Shown: positions 7,265 through 18,000 of the stretch, piece by piece | Numbering within the stretch: position 1 is the stretch's first letter | How the letters are laid out: every line of letters begins with the position of its first letter | Source: Pseudomonadota bacterium | GTDB taxonomy: Bacteria; Bdellovibrionota_G; JALEGL01; DATDPG01 | Length of the DNA: 40,065 nucleotides | Direction: 5' to 3' | Assembly (NCBI GenBank): GCA_043804515.1 | Contig: JAZDIZ010000120.1 | Location: 1 to 40,065 of the forward strand | Made by a program: the position numbers and the translations under genes | Notes under the pieces: generated by a model | What the model was told of the DNA's origin: nothing | The model's database searches: none | Seen by the model: only the letters and a program-made list of their open reading frames with translations

Positions 7265-10200
7265 CTACTTTTTCAACCTCTTGATCTGAGCCTCCACTTC
7301 GCCCCGGTTGGAAGCCTTGGGCTCCAGCTGGAGATATTTCTTAAGCGCCTGCGTCGCGTCCTTCGGCATGTCCTTCTTGGCATAACTCATCCCCAGGAAG
7401 TAGTGGGCCTCGCCGTTTTTCGGTGAGGCTTTCGTGGCCTGACCCAGGAGATCCACCGCCTTATCGTAATCCCCGTTTCGGTACGAAAGCTTGCCGAGAC
7501 CAACCTGAGCCGCGACGTCCTTGGGATTCGTGGCCAGCTCGTTCTCCAACTCCCTTTCGGTCTGCTCGTCCGTGCTTTCCTTGGCGAACGGGCTCTCCAG
7601 GTCCGCCCTGCCCTTCGCGTTTCCGAGGGAATCCACGCCGATCGCCTTGCCGAACTGTTCGGCCGCTTCCTTGGTCATTCCTTTCTTCTGATACGTCTGC
7701 CCGAGCTGGTTGTACGCCTCCGAATATTTTGGGTCGAGGCGCGTGGCCTCCTTGTCCCGGGCGATGGCGTCATCCAATCTTCTCTGCCGGATCGCCACGG
7801 TGGCAAGTCCGTGGTAGGCCGGGGCCAGCTTCGGATCGTATTTCTTGGCCTGATTGAATCGATACTCCGCGCCGCCGAGGTCGTTTTTTCGCAGCATCAG
7901 CTCTCCCATCAACACCTGGGCCTTGGCGAGACCCGGCTCCTCCAAGAGGGCGCGTTCCAGAACCGAAACGGCGTTCTCCGTGCTGTTTTGCGCCGCGTAG
8001 GCCTCCCCCAGTTGATAGAGCGCCTGTGCGTCCCTGGGATTTTGCGCGGTGTACTTCTGGAGCAGGTCCGCCGCGCGAGACGGTTGCCTTTGCGCCATGT
8101 AGTAATCTGAAAGTCCGAACACGGCGCCCCTTTGATTCGGATTGATCTTCAGGATTTCCTCGTACTGCGTGGCGGCCGTTTTGTAATCCTCACGGCGGAA
8201 ATTCACGTCCGCCAGATCCACGCGGGCCTCCAAATAATCCGGTTTGAGCGCGATGGCCTGCCGGAGGGCTTCCATTCTCTGAGGCTCCTCGCCGGGCGCA
8301 TCGAACAGCTTCGATTTTTCGTACCAGGCTTGGGCATTTTTCGGATCGAGACGGATCGCCTGATTGAAGGATTTTAGAGCTTCGGCTTTCTTCTTCTGGG
8401 CGGCATACGTCAGACCCAGTTCGAAATGCGCCTGAGGTTGCTCGAACGCCAGTTCGGTTGATGCCTTAAGTTCCTTCTCCGCTTCCGGATAGTTCTTCGT
8501 CCGGCGCTCAAAAATTCCCAACCGCAGATGCGCTAGCGCGTTCTTGGGGGCGACCGCCACCGCCTGGTGATACGCCTTCTGGGCTTTTCCGTACTCCTTC
8601 CGGTCCCAATAGAGATCGCCCAACTTCGCCTGGCTTTCGGCATCCTTCGGATTGAGTTCCACGGCTCGGTTTAGCGCTGCTCGGGACTGGTCGAGCTCCC
8701 CAAACGTAAGCAGCACCGCGCCCAGTCGGGCGTATGCGATTTGTTCGGAAGGAGCCAGTCGGTTGACCTCGCGGTACACCGGCACCGATTCTTTCAGCTT
8801 GCCGCTCTTTTCCAACGCTGCGGCGAATTTGAGTTTGATGCCCGCGTCCGAAGGTTTGAGGGCCGACGCTTTTTCGTACGCGTTCGCCGCTCCGGACCAA
8901 TTCCCGGCGGATGCCAAAGCCTCACCCCGGCCCAAGAAGGCGCCCGCGTCTTTGGGATCCAGGTCCGAGGCCTTCCCGTACGCATCCGCGGCCCCCGGGT
9001 ACTTTTTCAGCTGTGCAAGCGACCAACCCAGGCCCAGAAACGCCTCTTTGTTCTTCGAATCGGCCGCTCCGGCTTTCTCGTACGCCTGCGCGGCGCGCTC
9101 GTAGTCTTCCGCTTTTCGGAGCGCCTTGGCGAAATCCATCTGATACTTGGCATTCGCGGGTTCCAGGATCGTGGCCTTCTCCGACGACGAGACGGCCGCG
9201 TCCGCGTTCCCCGCCCTCAGGTACAGCCGGCCCATCTGCCATTGGGTGTTGGCCCTTTGCGGATCGAGAGACGCCGCCCGCCGGAATTCCTTGAGCGCCA
9301 AATCATCCTTCCTCTGCGCCACGAAAATCTCTCCAAGGCGCTCGTGGACGTGAATGTTTTTCCCGTCTAGCTCCGTCACGCGTTGGTAACACTCCAATGC
9401 GTTGGTGAAGGCAGGAAGGTCGAAGTAGAGATCCCCCAAGAGCAGAAAGCCGTCCTTGTGCTTCGGAAGCGCTTTCGTAAGCGCACGCAGGGAGGTCCGG
9501 GCGCCGGCGACGTTTCCGGCTTTGATCTGAGCTTGAGCCAGATCGAAGTAAAGCGCGGGTTTCGAAGGATTGAGCTGCACCGCCGTTCCGTATGCTTTGG
9601 CCGCCGGATCCCATTTTTCCGTTTTGGCGTAACATTCGGCCAGAGCCAGGGACGAGGCCCCCGTCGGCTTTTCGAGCTTGTGGAATTCCTCGTACGCCCG
9701 TGCAGCCTCCTTCCAGTCCTTTTCTTCCTTTTCGAGCCCGGCCAGCTTGAGCCATGCATCCCCACGTTTGGGGTCCGCCGCAGCGACCTTTCGAAGTATG
9801 GCGATCGCGTCGGAACGTTCCCCTTTTTGCTCGTGAAGAAGGGCGGCTCTCATTCCGGCGTCCGTCCGTTTGGGGTCGGCGGAGAACGCGGATTCGTACG
9901 CCTCGATCGTGCGAGGCGTGTTTCCTTCCTTTTTCTCGAGGGCGGTGCCCAACACGAACGCGGCTTCCGCGTCCTGGTGATCCAATTGAGCCGCCCGGTC
10001 CAAATAGGAAATGGCCGCATCGACGTTCTTGAGATGCCATGCGCTTAATCCGGCCATCCGAGCGGATCGGCCGTCGGACGGCTTGAGCTCAAAGGCTCTT
10101 TGAAAGCTCTTCAAAGCGTCGGCATACCGCTGGCCCGCGTAATCCAGGTCTCCGAGATTGCGCCAGGCATCGGCATCCTTTTCATCCAACGCCAGAACAC

Positions 10201-11896
10201 TCCGGTAGGCGCTCTTCGCCAGTTCCCTCCGTCCGCTTTCGCGATACAGCTCCCCCAGCCGGCGGAAGTGTTCTTTTTTCTTCGGTTCCAGTTTGGATAA
10301 GGCTTCTTCGGCCTCGGTTTCTCCCGCCGAATCCTTCGAAGCCAGGCACACGGCGGCCAATCCGGACCAAGATGCCGCGTCCTTGGGTTCCAGTGCCGTC
10401 GCCTTTCGGTAAAACACTTTCGCCTGGGACCAGTCTTTCTTGGCGGCCCACGCTTCCCCAAGGTTCGCATATGCCTCGGCATAGCGGGGATCGAGAGTTA
10501 CGGCCCGGTTGAAATCACCGATGGCTTCGTCAAGCTTCTTCTGCCGAAATGCGGCCTCACCCAGGAGGTTCGTCAGAACCGGATCGTTGGGCCGGATCTT
10601 TCGCGCCTCTTCCAGATTTCGTTCCGCCGCCGGATAATTTCCGTCTTCCAGATCCATCCGCGCCGCCCCGGCCAGGGCTCGGAAACGAACGGGAGACCCG
10701 GGCTTCGACGAATTGTTGAAATAGGCCAACGCCTCGCCCTTCTTCCCTTCCTTTTCCAGGATTTCCCCCATCAAAAGGTTCAGTTCCGGATCGTCCGGGT
10801 GGAATTTCAATCCTGCCTGCACTTCCGTTTCCGCCGCGGCGGGCGAGTCCTCTCCCAAAAGAGCCTGTCCCAGATAGAGATGGGAAGCTGAATCGCGCGG
10901 ATCGGCCTGCAAGGCCAGGCGGGCGGATTGCTCGGCTTCAACGTATTTTTTCTCGCCCAAGAGCAGGGAGGCTGCTTCCCTCCGGGCCTCCAGGTTCGCC
11001 GGCTGAAGCTTCGAAGCAGCCTGGAACTCCGCAAGCGCGGCGTCGCGCTTCCCCTGGCCCGAAAGCGCCTTCCCCAGGGCCAGATGTGCCGTCAATTCAT
11101 CCGTCGGATCGAGCGGCGTCGAAAGCACCTGGCGAAGCGCGCGTTCCGCCTCCGGATAATTTTTCTGCTTCAAATAGATCTGCCCGAGGCCCATCCGGTA
11201 GCGCCCTTCATTCGGCGCCAGGCGCGCGGCGGCCTCGAACTCTTCCGTGGCCGCATTCACGCGGCCCGCATCCAGATAGGCCTTTCCCACGCTTTCACGC
11301 ACCCGGGCCTCGTTCGGATGGTCCGTTCGAACCGCTTCCAATGCCTCGATCCCTTTCGCCCGTTTTCCTTCCCGGATATCCAGGAGGGCTATGCCGATCC
11401 GCGCATCAGCGTCCTTGGGACCCAACTCCAGGGCTTTGAGGAACGAACGCCGGGCTTTCCCCCAGTCCTTCTGGTCCATATAAACCTGACCGCTGGCCGC
11501 GTGTGCCGCAGCCAGGCGCGGATCGACTTCAAGCGCGTGCGAGAAGGCGATCAGGGCTCCTTGAGGGTTCCCTTTCAGACGCTGCACGCGGCCGATCCCC
11601 ATCTGGGAGTGCGCGTCGTTCGCGTTGAGCAGGATCGCCCTCTTATAGTGATCCAGCGCCTCCTCGGCCTTTCCCTGGGCCTCGTACACGCGCCCGAGCC
11701 ACTGCTGGACCTTCCAGTCCCTGGGCGCGCTGGATTCCGCCTGCTCCAGCACCGGCAAGGCCTCGGACCATTGCCCGTTCCGGGCCAAGGCAATTCCCTT
11801 CTTCAGGAGTTCGTCCGATGCGGCGGCGTGTATTGAAGGTGCCGCCAAAAGGACCGCAAAGAGCATGAAAAAAACGATTCGTCGTCCACGCACCAT
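7265..11896 (-). CDS. Giant exported tetratricopeptide-repeat protein (about 1543 aa)
   Basis: GGGAGGG RBS before ATG 11896; Sec signal peptide (IHA|AA); near-continuous 34-aa TPR pattern to the C-terminus. Confidence 0.9.
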   Translation of the reverse strand: MVRGRRIVFFMLFAVLLAAPSIHAAASDELLKKGIALARNGQWSEALPVLEQAESSAPRDWKVQQWLGRVYEAQGKAEEALDHYKRAILLNANDAHSQMGIGRVQRLKGNPQGALIAFSHALEVDPRLAAAHAASGQVYMDQKDWGKARRSFLKALELGPKDADARIGIALLDIREGKRAKGIEALEAVRTDHPNEARVRESVGKAYLDAGRVNAATEEFEAAARLAPNEGRYRMGLGQIYLKQKNYPEAERALRQVLSTPLDPTDELTAHLALGKALSGQGKRDAALAEFQAASKLQPANLEARREAASLLLGEKKYVEAEQSARLALQADPRDSASHLYLGQALLGEDSPAAAETEVQAGLKFHPDDPELNLLMGEILEKEGKKGEALAYFNNSSKPGSPVRFRALAGAARMDLEDGNYPAAERNLEEARKIRPNDPVLTNLLGEAAFRQKKLDEAIGDFNRAVTLDPRYAEAYANLGEAWAAKKDWSQAKVFYRKATALEPKDAASWSGLAAVCLASKDSAGETEAEEALSKLEPKKKEHFRRLGELYRESGRRELAKSAYRSVLALDEKDADAWRNLGDLDYAGQRYADALKSFQRAFELKPSDGRSARMAGLSAWHLKNVDAAISYLDRAAQLDHQDAEAAFVLGTALEKKEGNTPRTIEAYESAFSADPKRTDAGMRAALLHEQKGERSDAIAILRKVAAADPKRGDAWLKLAGLEKEEKDWKEAARAYEEFHKLEKPTGASSLALAECYAKTEKWDPAAKAYGTAVQLNPSKPALYFDLAQAQIKAGNVAGARTSLRALTKALPKHKDGFLLLGDLYFDLPAFTNALECYQRVTELDGKNIHVHERLGEIFVAQRKDDLALKEFRRAASLDPQRANTQWQMGRLYLRAGNADAAVSSSEKATILEPANAKYQMDFAKALRKAEDYERAAQAYEKAGAADSKNKEAFLGLGWSLAQLKKYPGAADAYGKASDLDPKDAGAFLGRGEALASAGNWSGAANAYEKASALKPSDAGIKLKFAAALEKSGKLKESVPVYREVNRLAPSEQIAYARLGAVLLTFGELDQSRAALNRAVELNPKDAESQAKLGDLYWDRKEYGKAQKAYHQAVAVAPKNALAHLRLGIFERRTKNYPEAEKELKASTELAFEQPQAHFELGLTYAAQKKKAEALKSFNQAIRLDPKNAQAWYEKSKLFDAPGEEPQRMEALRQAIALKPDYLEARVDLADVNFRREDYKTAATQYEEILKINPNQRGAVFGLSDYYMAQRQPSRAADLLQKYTAQNPRDAQALYQLGEAYAAQNSTENAVSVLERALLEEPGLAKAQVLMGELMLRKNDLGGAEYRFNQAKKYDPKLAPAYHGLATVAIRQRRLDDAIARDKEATRLDPKYSEAYNQLGQTYQKKGMTKEAAEQFGKAIGVDSLGNAKGRADLESPFAKESTDEQTERELENELATNPKDVAAQVGLGKLSYRNGDYDKAVDLLGQATKASPKNGEAHYFLGMSYAKKDMPKDATQALKKYLQLEPKASNRGEVEAQIKRLKK

Positions 11897-12037
11897 CGAA
11901 AAACCCTCCCGGTCGAAAAGCGTTGCCAAACTAGTGTAATCTATACGGAGCCGTGATAAAGATCGCAAACTTAACGCATTGCATTTTTCTTCCCTCTCGT
12001 GACTAACTCCCTGTAAAAACCTTCCTTTTTAAGAGAA

Positions 12038-15000
12038 ATGGAAGAAAGCACGTCCACCAAGATCCTCCTTCGCTCCAAGGATTTTGAATCCCTGGAGCGC
12101 CGGTATCAGGCGCAGGGGGATTGGTCCAAGCTGGCGGCCTTGTATCAGGAGTCCGTCCACCAGGGGATCGACCAAAGGCTCGCGGTTCAAAGGCTCCTCA
12201 AGGCGGGAGTTCTGTTGCGCGACAAACTCAAGCGCCCCAAAGAGGCCGTCCGCTGTTTCGACGCCGTCGTGGGAATGCACCGCGGTTGGATCGACTCGGA
12301 GAAGGGAAACGTTCCCAAGTCGGACCACTTTTGCGAGCTCGGAAAAATCTACATGGAGGTCATCCGAAATCCCGAGAAGGCCGTCGAATCGTACGTGCAG
12401 GCCTTCGAGCTGGACCCCTCCAAGACCCATCTAATGACGGTCCTGGGGGAAATTTACCAGGGAAAAGTCGGATGGCCCGAAGTGATTTCCCAGGCTCGCG
12501 CCGAAGCCGGCAGCGCCGAGGACGTAAAACTGAAGGCCAAGTTCCTGGAGGAAATCGCCGACATCTACACGTTCATTCTCTCCGATTCCGAACGCGCCAT
12601 GAAGATGTACCGCGAGATTCTTAAGCTGGACCCCAGCAACCGGAAGGCCCTGGAGGCGCTCGAAAGCCACCTGATCAAGGGGAAACATTGGAGCGAGTTG
12701 GCGGAGTTCTATCTCGATTTGAAAGCGCGCGCGGCGAACAACGACGAAGTCATCTCGATCCTCACCCGGCTCGGTCTGATCTACCGGGACAAACTGAATG
12801 AGCCGATGGAGGCAGCCCGGACCTACGAGGAAATCCTCGGCCGCCAGCCCAACAACTTTCGGATCGCGGCCAAGCTCGCGCAACTCAAGGAGGACAAGGA
12901 TGTCTGGAAGCAGGCGATCTCCTTGCTGGAGGAGACGGCGCGAAAAGCGAAGAGCGCCACGGAGCGCGTTCCCATCCTGCTCCGGCAGGCCACCATCGCG
13001 GAGACTTTCCTGGATGACCGGACATTGGCCGGTGAGCGCATCGCGGAGGCCTTGGGCCAGGCCCCAGCTCACCCCGAAGCTCTGACAAGGGCCGTAGCTC
13101 TCTGGTCCTCCAGAAACGCCTTTGCCGACGTCGCGGACGCTTACGACCGCGCCGCGCGGGAGGCCGGCCCGGCCCAGATCCGAATCGACGCCCTCAAAAG
13201 ACTGGTTCAAGTAGCGCTGGACAAATTGAACGAGCCTACACGGGCCGTTTCGGCGCTGGAAGCCGTCCTGCGAGAAGCTCCAAACGACGCGCCCTCCCGT
13301 GATCAACTCCTGGCGCTCTATGAATCCCTCAAGATGTGGGGTCCCTTGGAGCGCTTTCTCACTTCGGCCCTTCCCGCCCTCTCCCAGGAGAACCGAAAGC
13401 CTTTGCTCCTTAGGCTTGCGTCTCTCAAGGAACATTCCCTGGCGGACCCGGCCGGAGCGACGGCGGCATACGAGCAACTCCTCGAATTCGACGCAGGCTC
13501 CCCGGAGGCGTTGGAGGCTCTGGAACGGCTCTACCCGGCTCAACGGCGTTGGAACGACCTCATCAACGTCTACGAGATCCGGGCGGAACAGCTGCGCGCC
13601 CATGCCGACCAGGCAAAGCTGTATCTCGCCCAGGCCCGGATCTTCGAGGAAAAGATCGGGGACATGGCCCAAGCTGCGAAAGCCTACGAGAGGGTTTTGC
13701 TCCTGTTGGACGACCCGACACCCGTCTTTGCCCGCGTGGAACAGATTTATTTCAACGAAAAACTCTGGCCGAACTTGGCCGCCTTGTACCGCCGAAGCCT
13801 CGCCAAGATCCGCGCCCCTGAGGAACAGACCCGGATCCTGTTCAAGATGGCCGAGCTCTATGAACAGAAACTGGGCCAGGTGGACAACGCCCGGGCCTGC
13901 CTTGAATCGGTCCTGGAGCGGGCACCAAAGGACCTTCCGGCGCTTAGAAAGCTGGAGCGCATTTTCGAGGAACGCCAGCAATGGCCGCAACTGATCGAGA
14001 TTTATCGCAAGGAGTTCGAAGCAACCGCCGATCCGTCCGAAAAAGTCCCCGTCTACCTCAAAGCCGGCGAGCTGTTTTTAAGAAAGCTGAACGACAACAA
14101 ACGAGCCGAAGAATGCTTTCTGCGGGTTCTCGAGTTGGAGCCGGAAAACCGCGTTTCCCTCGAGTTCCTCACCGATTTTTACAGGCAGAGTAATCGCCAC
14201 GAGGATCTCCTTCTTCTCCTCAAGAACCAAATCCAGCTCACCAAGGAAGCACAGCCGAAGGCCCGCCTGTATTTCGAGATGGGGCGCCTTCTGGAGAGAT
14301 CGGTCCGCCGGGAGCAGGAGGCTGTGGCGTCGTATGAATCCGCCCTCGCCCTCGACCCCACCCACGAGGAAGCCCGCCGCTCCGTAGCCGACCTTTACCG
14401 GAAAGAGCAGCGATGGGCCGACCTCGCCAAGACATTCATGGGCGAATTGGAACACACGCGTGACCGGCTCCGGGGAGCCCGGTTGGCCAAGGAGATCGCC
14501 TCTCTCTATGCCTCCCGCTTGGACCAACACGACAAGGCGATCGAGTATTACACCCGCGCCTGGGAACTCAATAACGCCGACACGGACGTGCTCCGCCGGT
14601 TGATCGCCGCTTACGAGCACCTCGGGGATCTCAAGGCGGCCCTCCCGCACTATGAGCGCCTCTTTGGCTCCACGCAGGCGGATCCGGAACGCGCCCAACT
14701 TTGTCTCCGGATCGGAGAGCTGTATCGCACGTTGCACCAGGACCCAAAGCGTGAGGCGGAATGGTACGAGCGCACGTTCTCATTCGACCCGTCCAATGTG
14801 ACGGCGTTGGAGCGCCTGCGGAAGTCCTACGCGGAGCTGGAAAACTGGAGCGGGCTGCTCACGATCTACGAGCGCCTCCTTCTAGGGATTCAAGGCCTGC
14901 CCGCGGCAAGGCTTCACTATCAGATCGGGGAGATTTACGAGACACAACTCGGACAAAGCGACCGGGCGGTCATGGCTTACCAGGTGGCTTCGGAACTGGA

Positions 15001-18000
15001 TCCTTCGTTTGTCGAGCCCCTCAAGGCCATGCGTCGCCTTCTCCAACGCGAGGAGAACTGGGGGGAGTACTTAAAGACCGCCCAAGCCGAGGCTCAGCTT
15101 ACCCAGGACCCCGCCGCCCGCACCGCGCTTCTGTTCGAAATCGGGCATCTGTGGAGGAACAACTTTCTGCAGATTGACCGGGCAATCGCTTCTTTTGAGG
15201 AGGCTCTGCGCCTCACTCCCGAGCACGCGGCGGCACTTGAACAGCTCTCCGAACTCTTTTTGGAGAGAAAGAACCCGGAAGCCGCGTACCGGGTCACTCA
15301 GAAGGCTTTGGCCGTGATTTCGGAGCCCGATCGAAGAAAGCTGCTTCTGACGCGCCTCGGTAACCTGGAATTGGATTGGAGGAAGAACACCGACGGCGCC
15401 GCCCGAGCCTTCCGCGAGCTTTTATCGCTCGAACCCCGCAACGTCACGGCCATGGACCGCCTGGCCGACGTGGCGGCCCTCGGCAAGGACTTCAAGGGAG
15501 AACTCAGCGCTCTTCAAATGCGCCTGGAGGTCGAGGAGTCCCGGGAGAGGAAGGCGGCCCTCTTGTTCCGCATGGCGGAGATTTGGAAAGGCCCGCTGGC
15601 TTCCCCTTCCAACGCCGCGGAGGCCCTGAACGCCCTTCTCAAGCTGGACCCCGCGAACGCGAAGGCACTGTCGCTCTTGGGCGAGGTGATCCCGAACCAG
15701 GAACAATGGAAGCGCGTGGCTGAAAACATCCTCTCCGAGCTGTCGCGTACCAAGGCCGTCGAGACCTTCCTTCGGGCCTCTCGCTCCATCAGCGCCGTCT
15801 ACGCCACGCGCCTAAAGCAGCCTCGGGAGGCCATCCGGGTCCTACGCAACGCTCTGGAAGGTCACGGAGACCGGGAGGACGTGCTGGACGATTTGATCCC
15901 GCTCTACGAGCTGACGGGAGAACATCTTGCTGCCGCCGACGCGTCGCTGCGCCGCGCAAAGCTGCTTAAGTCCCCCAAGGACCGTGCCCGAGCCCTATTC
16001 GGCGTGGCCCGCCTCTGGGCCGACACGCTCGAAAACCCCGTTGCGGCCATTTCGGCCCTAAAGGAGGCCCTTGATCTGGATCCGGAACGAGCGGAAGTCC
16101 TCGACCGTCTCCTGGAACTGGAACTCAAGGTCGAGAATTGGAAGGGAGCGGACGAGCTCCTATCCAAAGTTCTCAAGAAAGCCGACCTCAATTCCAAGCG
16201 GATGCAGGAACTCACGTTCCGGCGCGCTTTCCTGTCGGCGGACCACCTCGGGAATCCGGATGAAGCGGTCACGCTCTTGGAGCGTCTTGTGGCGGCCGCT
16301 CCCGACCATCGCCCAGCGCTGGCCCGCCTTTCAGCCCTTTACGAGGCCCGAAAGGATTGGCAAAGCATAGCCCGCCACATGGGCCATCTCGCTGATCTTC
16401 TCCACGGAGGCGAAGCGGTGGAGCTCAAGACGCGACTGGCACGCCTGTATGAAACGGAGCTCAAGGACCTGTCACGCGCCCTGGCCGAGTACGAAGGCAT
16501 CCTCAAAATCGAGCCCCGCAATCGGGACGCGCTATCCAAAATCGCGCATGTTCACGAAGTCCGCCGCGACTTCGACGCATTGGTGGGGGCTCTCCAGCTT
16601 CAGGTACCGTTCGCCCAAACCCCCGCGGAACTTGCCTCGATCTACAAACGCCTCGGACACGTATTTCGCGACCAGCTCAAGGATTTGAAGAGGACGATCG
16701 AGTTTTTTGAGCGCTCGCTGGAGCAGGATCCCACCCAGGCCGACCTCTCCGACTTCCTGGCTTCGCGATTCCGGGAGGAGAAACGATTCGTCGAGCTGAG
16801 TGAGGTATTGGAGCGGCGAGCCGCACATGTCCCCCCGGAGGAGGCCACCCGGATCTATCTCGAGCTGTCCGAAATCTGGAATACGAGCCTCCAGAACCCG
16901 ATTCGGTCCCTGGAATTTCTCGATAGGGTCCGCACGTTGGACCCCTCCAATGTCCCGGCCCTGACGAAGAGCGCCGAAATCCATTCCAAGAACGAGAACT
17001 TCCGCGCTTTGGCCGCCGTTTATCAAGAACTCGCCCGCGTCTCGCCGACTCCCCAAGATCGCCTTTCGGCCCTCGTTCAGCTCGGGAATTTGCAGATGGA
17101 TTCTTTGGCCTCCCCGCACGAGGCGGTGGAGACGTACCGGAAAGTCCTCTCCGTCGATCCCAATCATGACGGCGCGCTGGCGCGCCTTCGCAGTCTCTTC
17201 GGCCGCGACGGGCGATGGAGCGATCTGACCGGGATTCTGAAGGTGCTGATCAAGAACGCCAAAGGTGGCGAACCGCGCTCCCTCCTTCGGGAATTGGCGC
17301 GAATCGAATTGGACCGCCTCCGCCAACCGGCACAGGCCGTCCGTACGTTGACGTTCCTCTATCAAATGGCGCCGGATGAGGACGTATTCGCCGAGCTTTC
17401 GAAACTCCACGAATCCCAAGGCGACTTCGAGGATCTCGCGAAGCTTTTGGAATCGCGCCGCAAAGCGCTTGCGAAGGATCCCTCCCATCTGGCGCCGGTC
17501 TTGAAACAGCTCGGCGGCCTTTACGACGAACGTTTGGGGGAAACGAAGAAGGCCGTGAGCTGCTACGAGGATTTTCTCGCATCGGCTCCCAACGATCTCG
17601 AAACCCTCTCGCGTCTCGAGGCCCTCTATCGGAAATTGAACCGGCGGGAAGACGCCGCACGGATCCTCGAACAACGCGCCTCACTTCTCCCCCACGGCGC
17701 GGACCGGTCTACGCTGTTGGAGTCTCTGGCCACTCAGTTCCGGACTCAGAAACGGCTCCAGGACGCCGTCCGGTGTTTGCGGCAGCTTGCGCAGGATCCC
17801 GCCGAAAAGGCCGGTGCCTTGGAGCGAATCGTGGACGTCTACGAGCAGGGTTCTTTTCCGAAGGAGCTGAGCGAGACTCTCCGTGAACTCTTGCCTGAAC
17901 TCAAAGAGCCGCATCGAAGGGTCCCCAGGCTTGTCCAACTTGCGCGACTGCTGGAGGGCGGTGATGAAACCGCCGCCGAGGCCGAGCGGATGCTGCGCCA

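Noticed and set aside
12431..13990. 519-aa minus-strand ORF and other long ORFs inside the TPR genes (e.g. 16532-17674, 10928-11836)
   Set aside because: Antisense frames of well-supported TPR genes with no recognisable domains.
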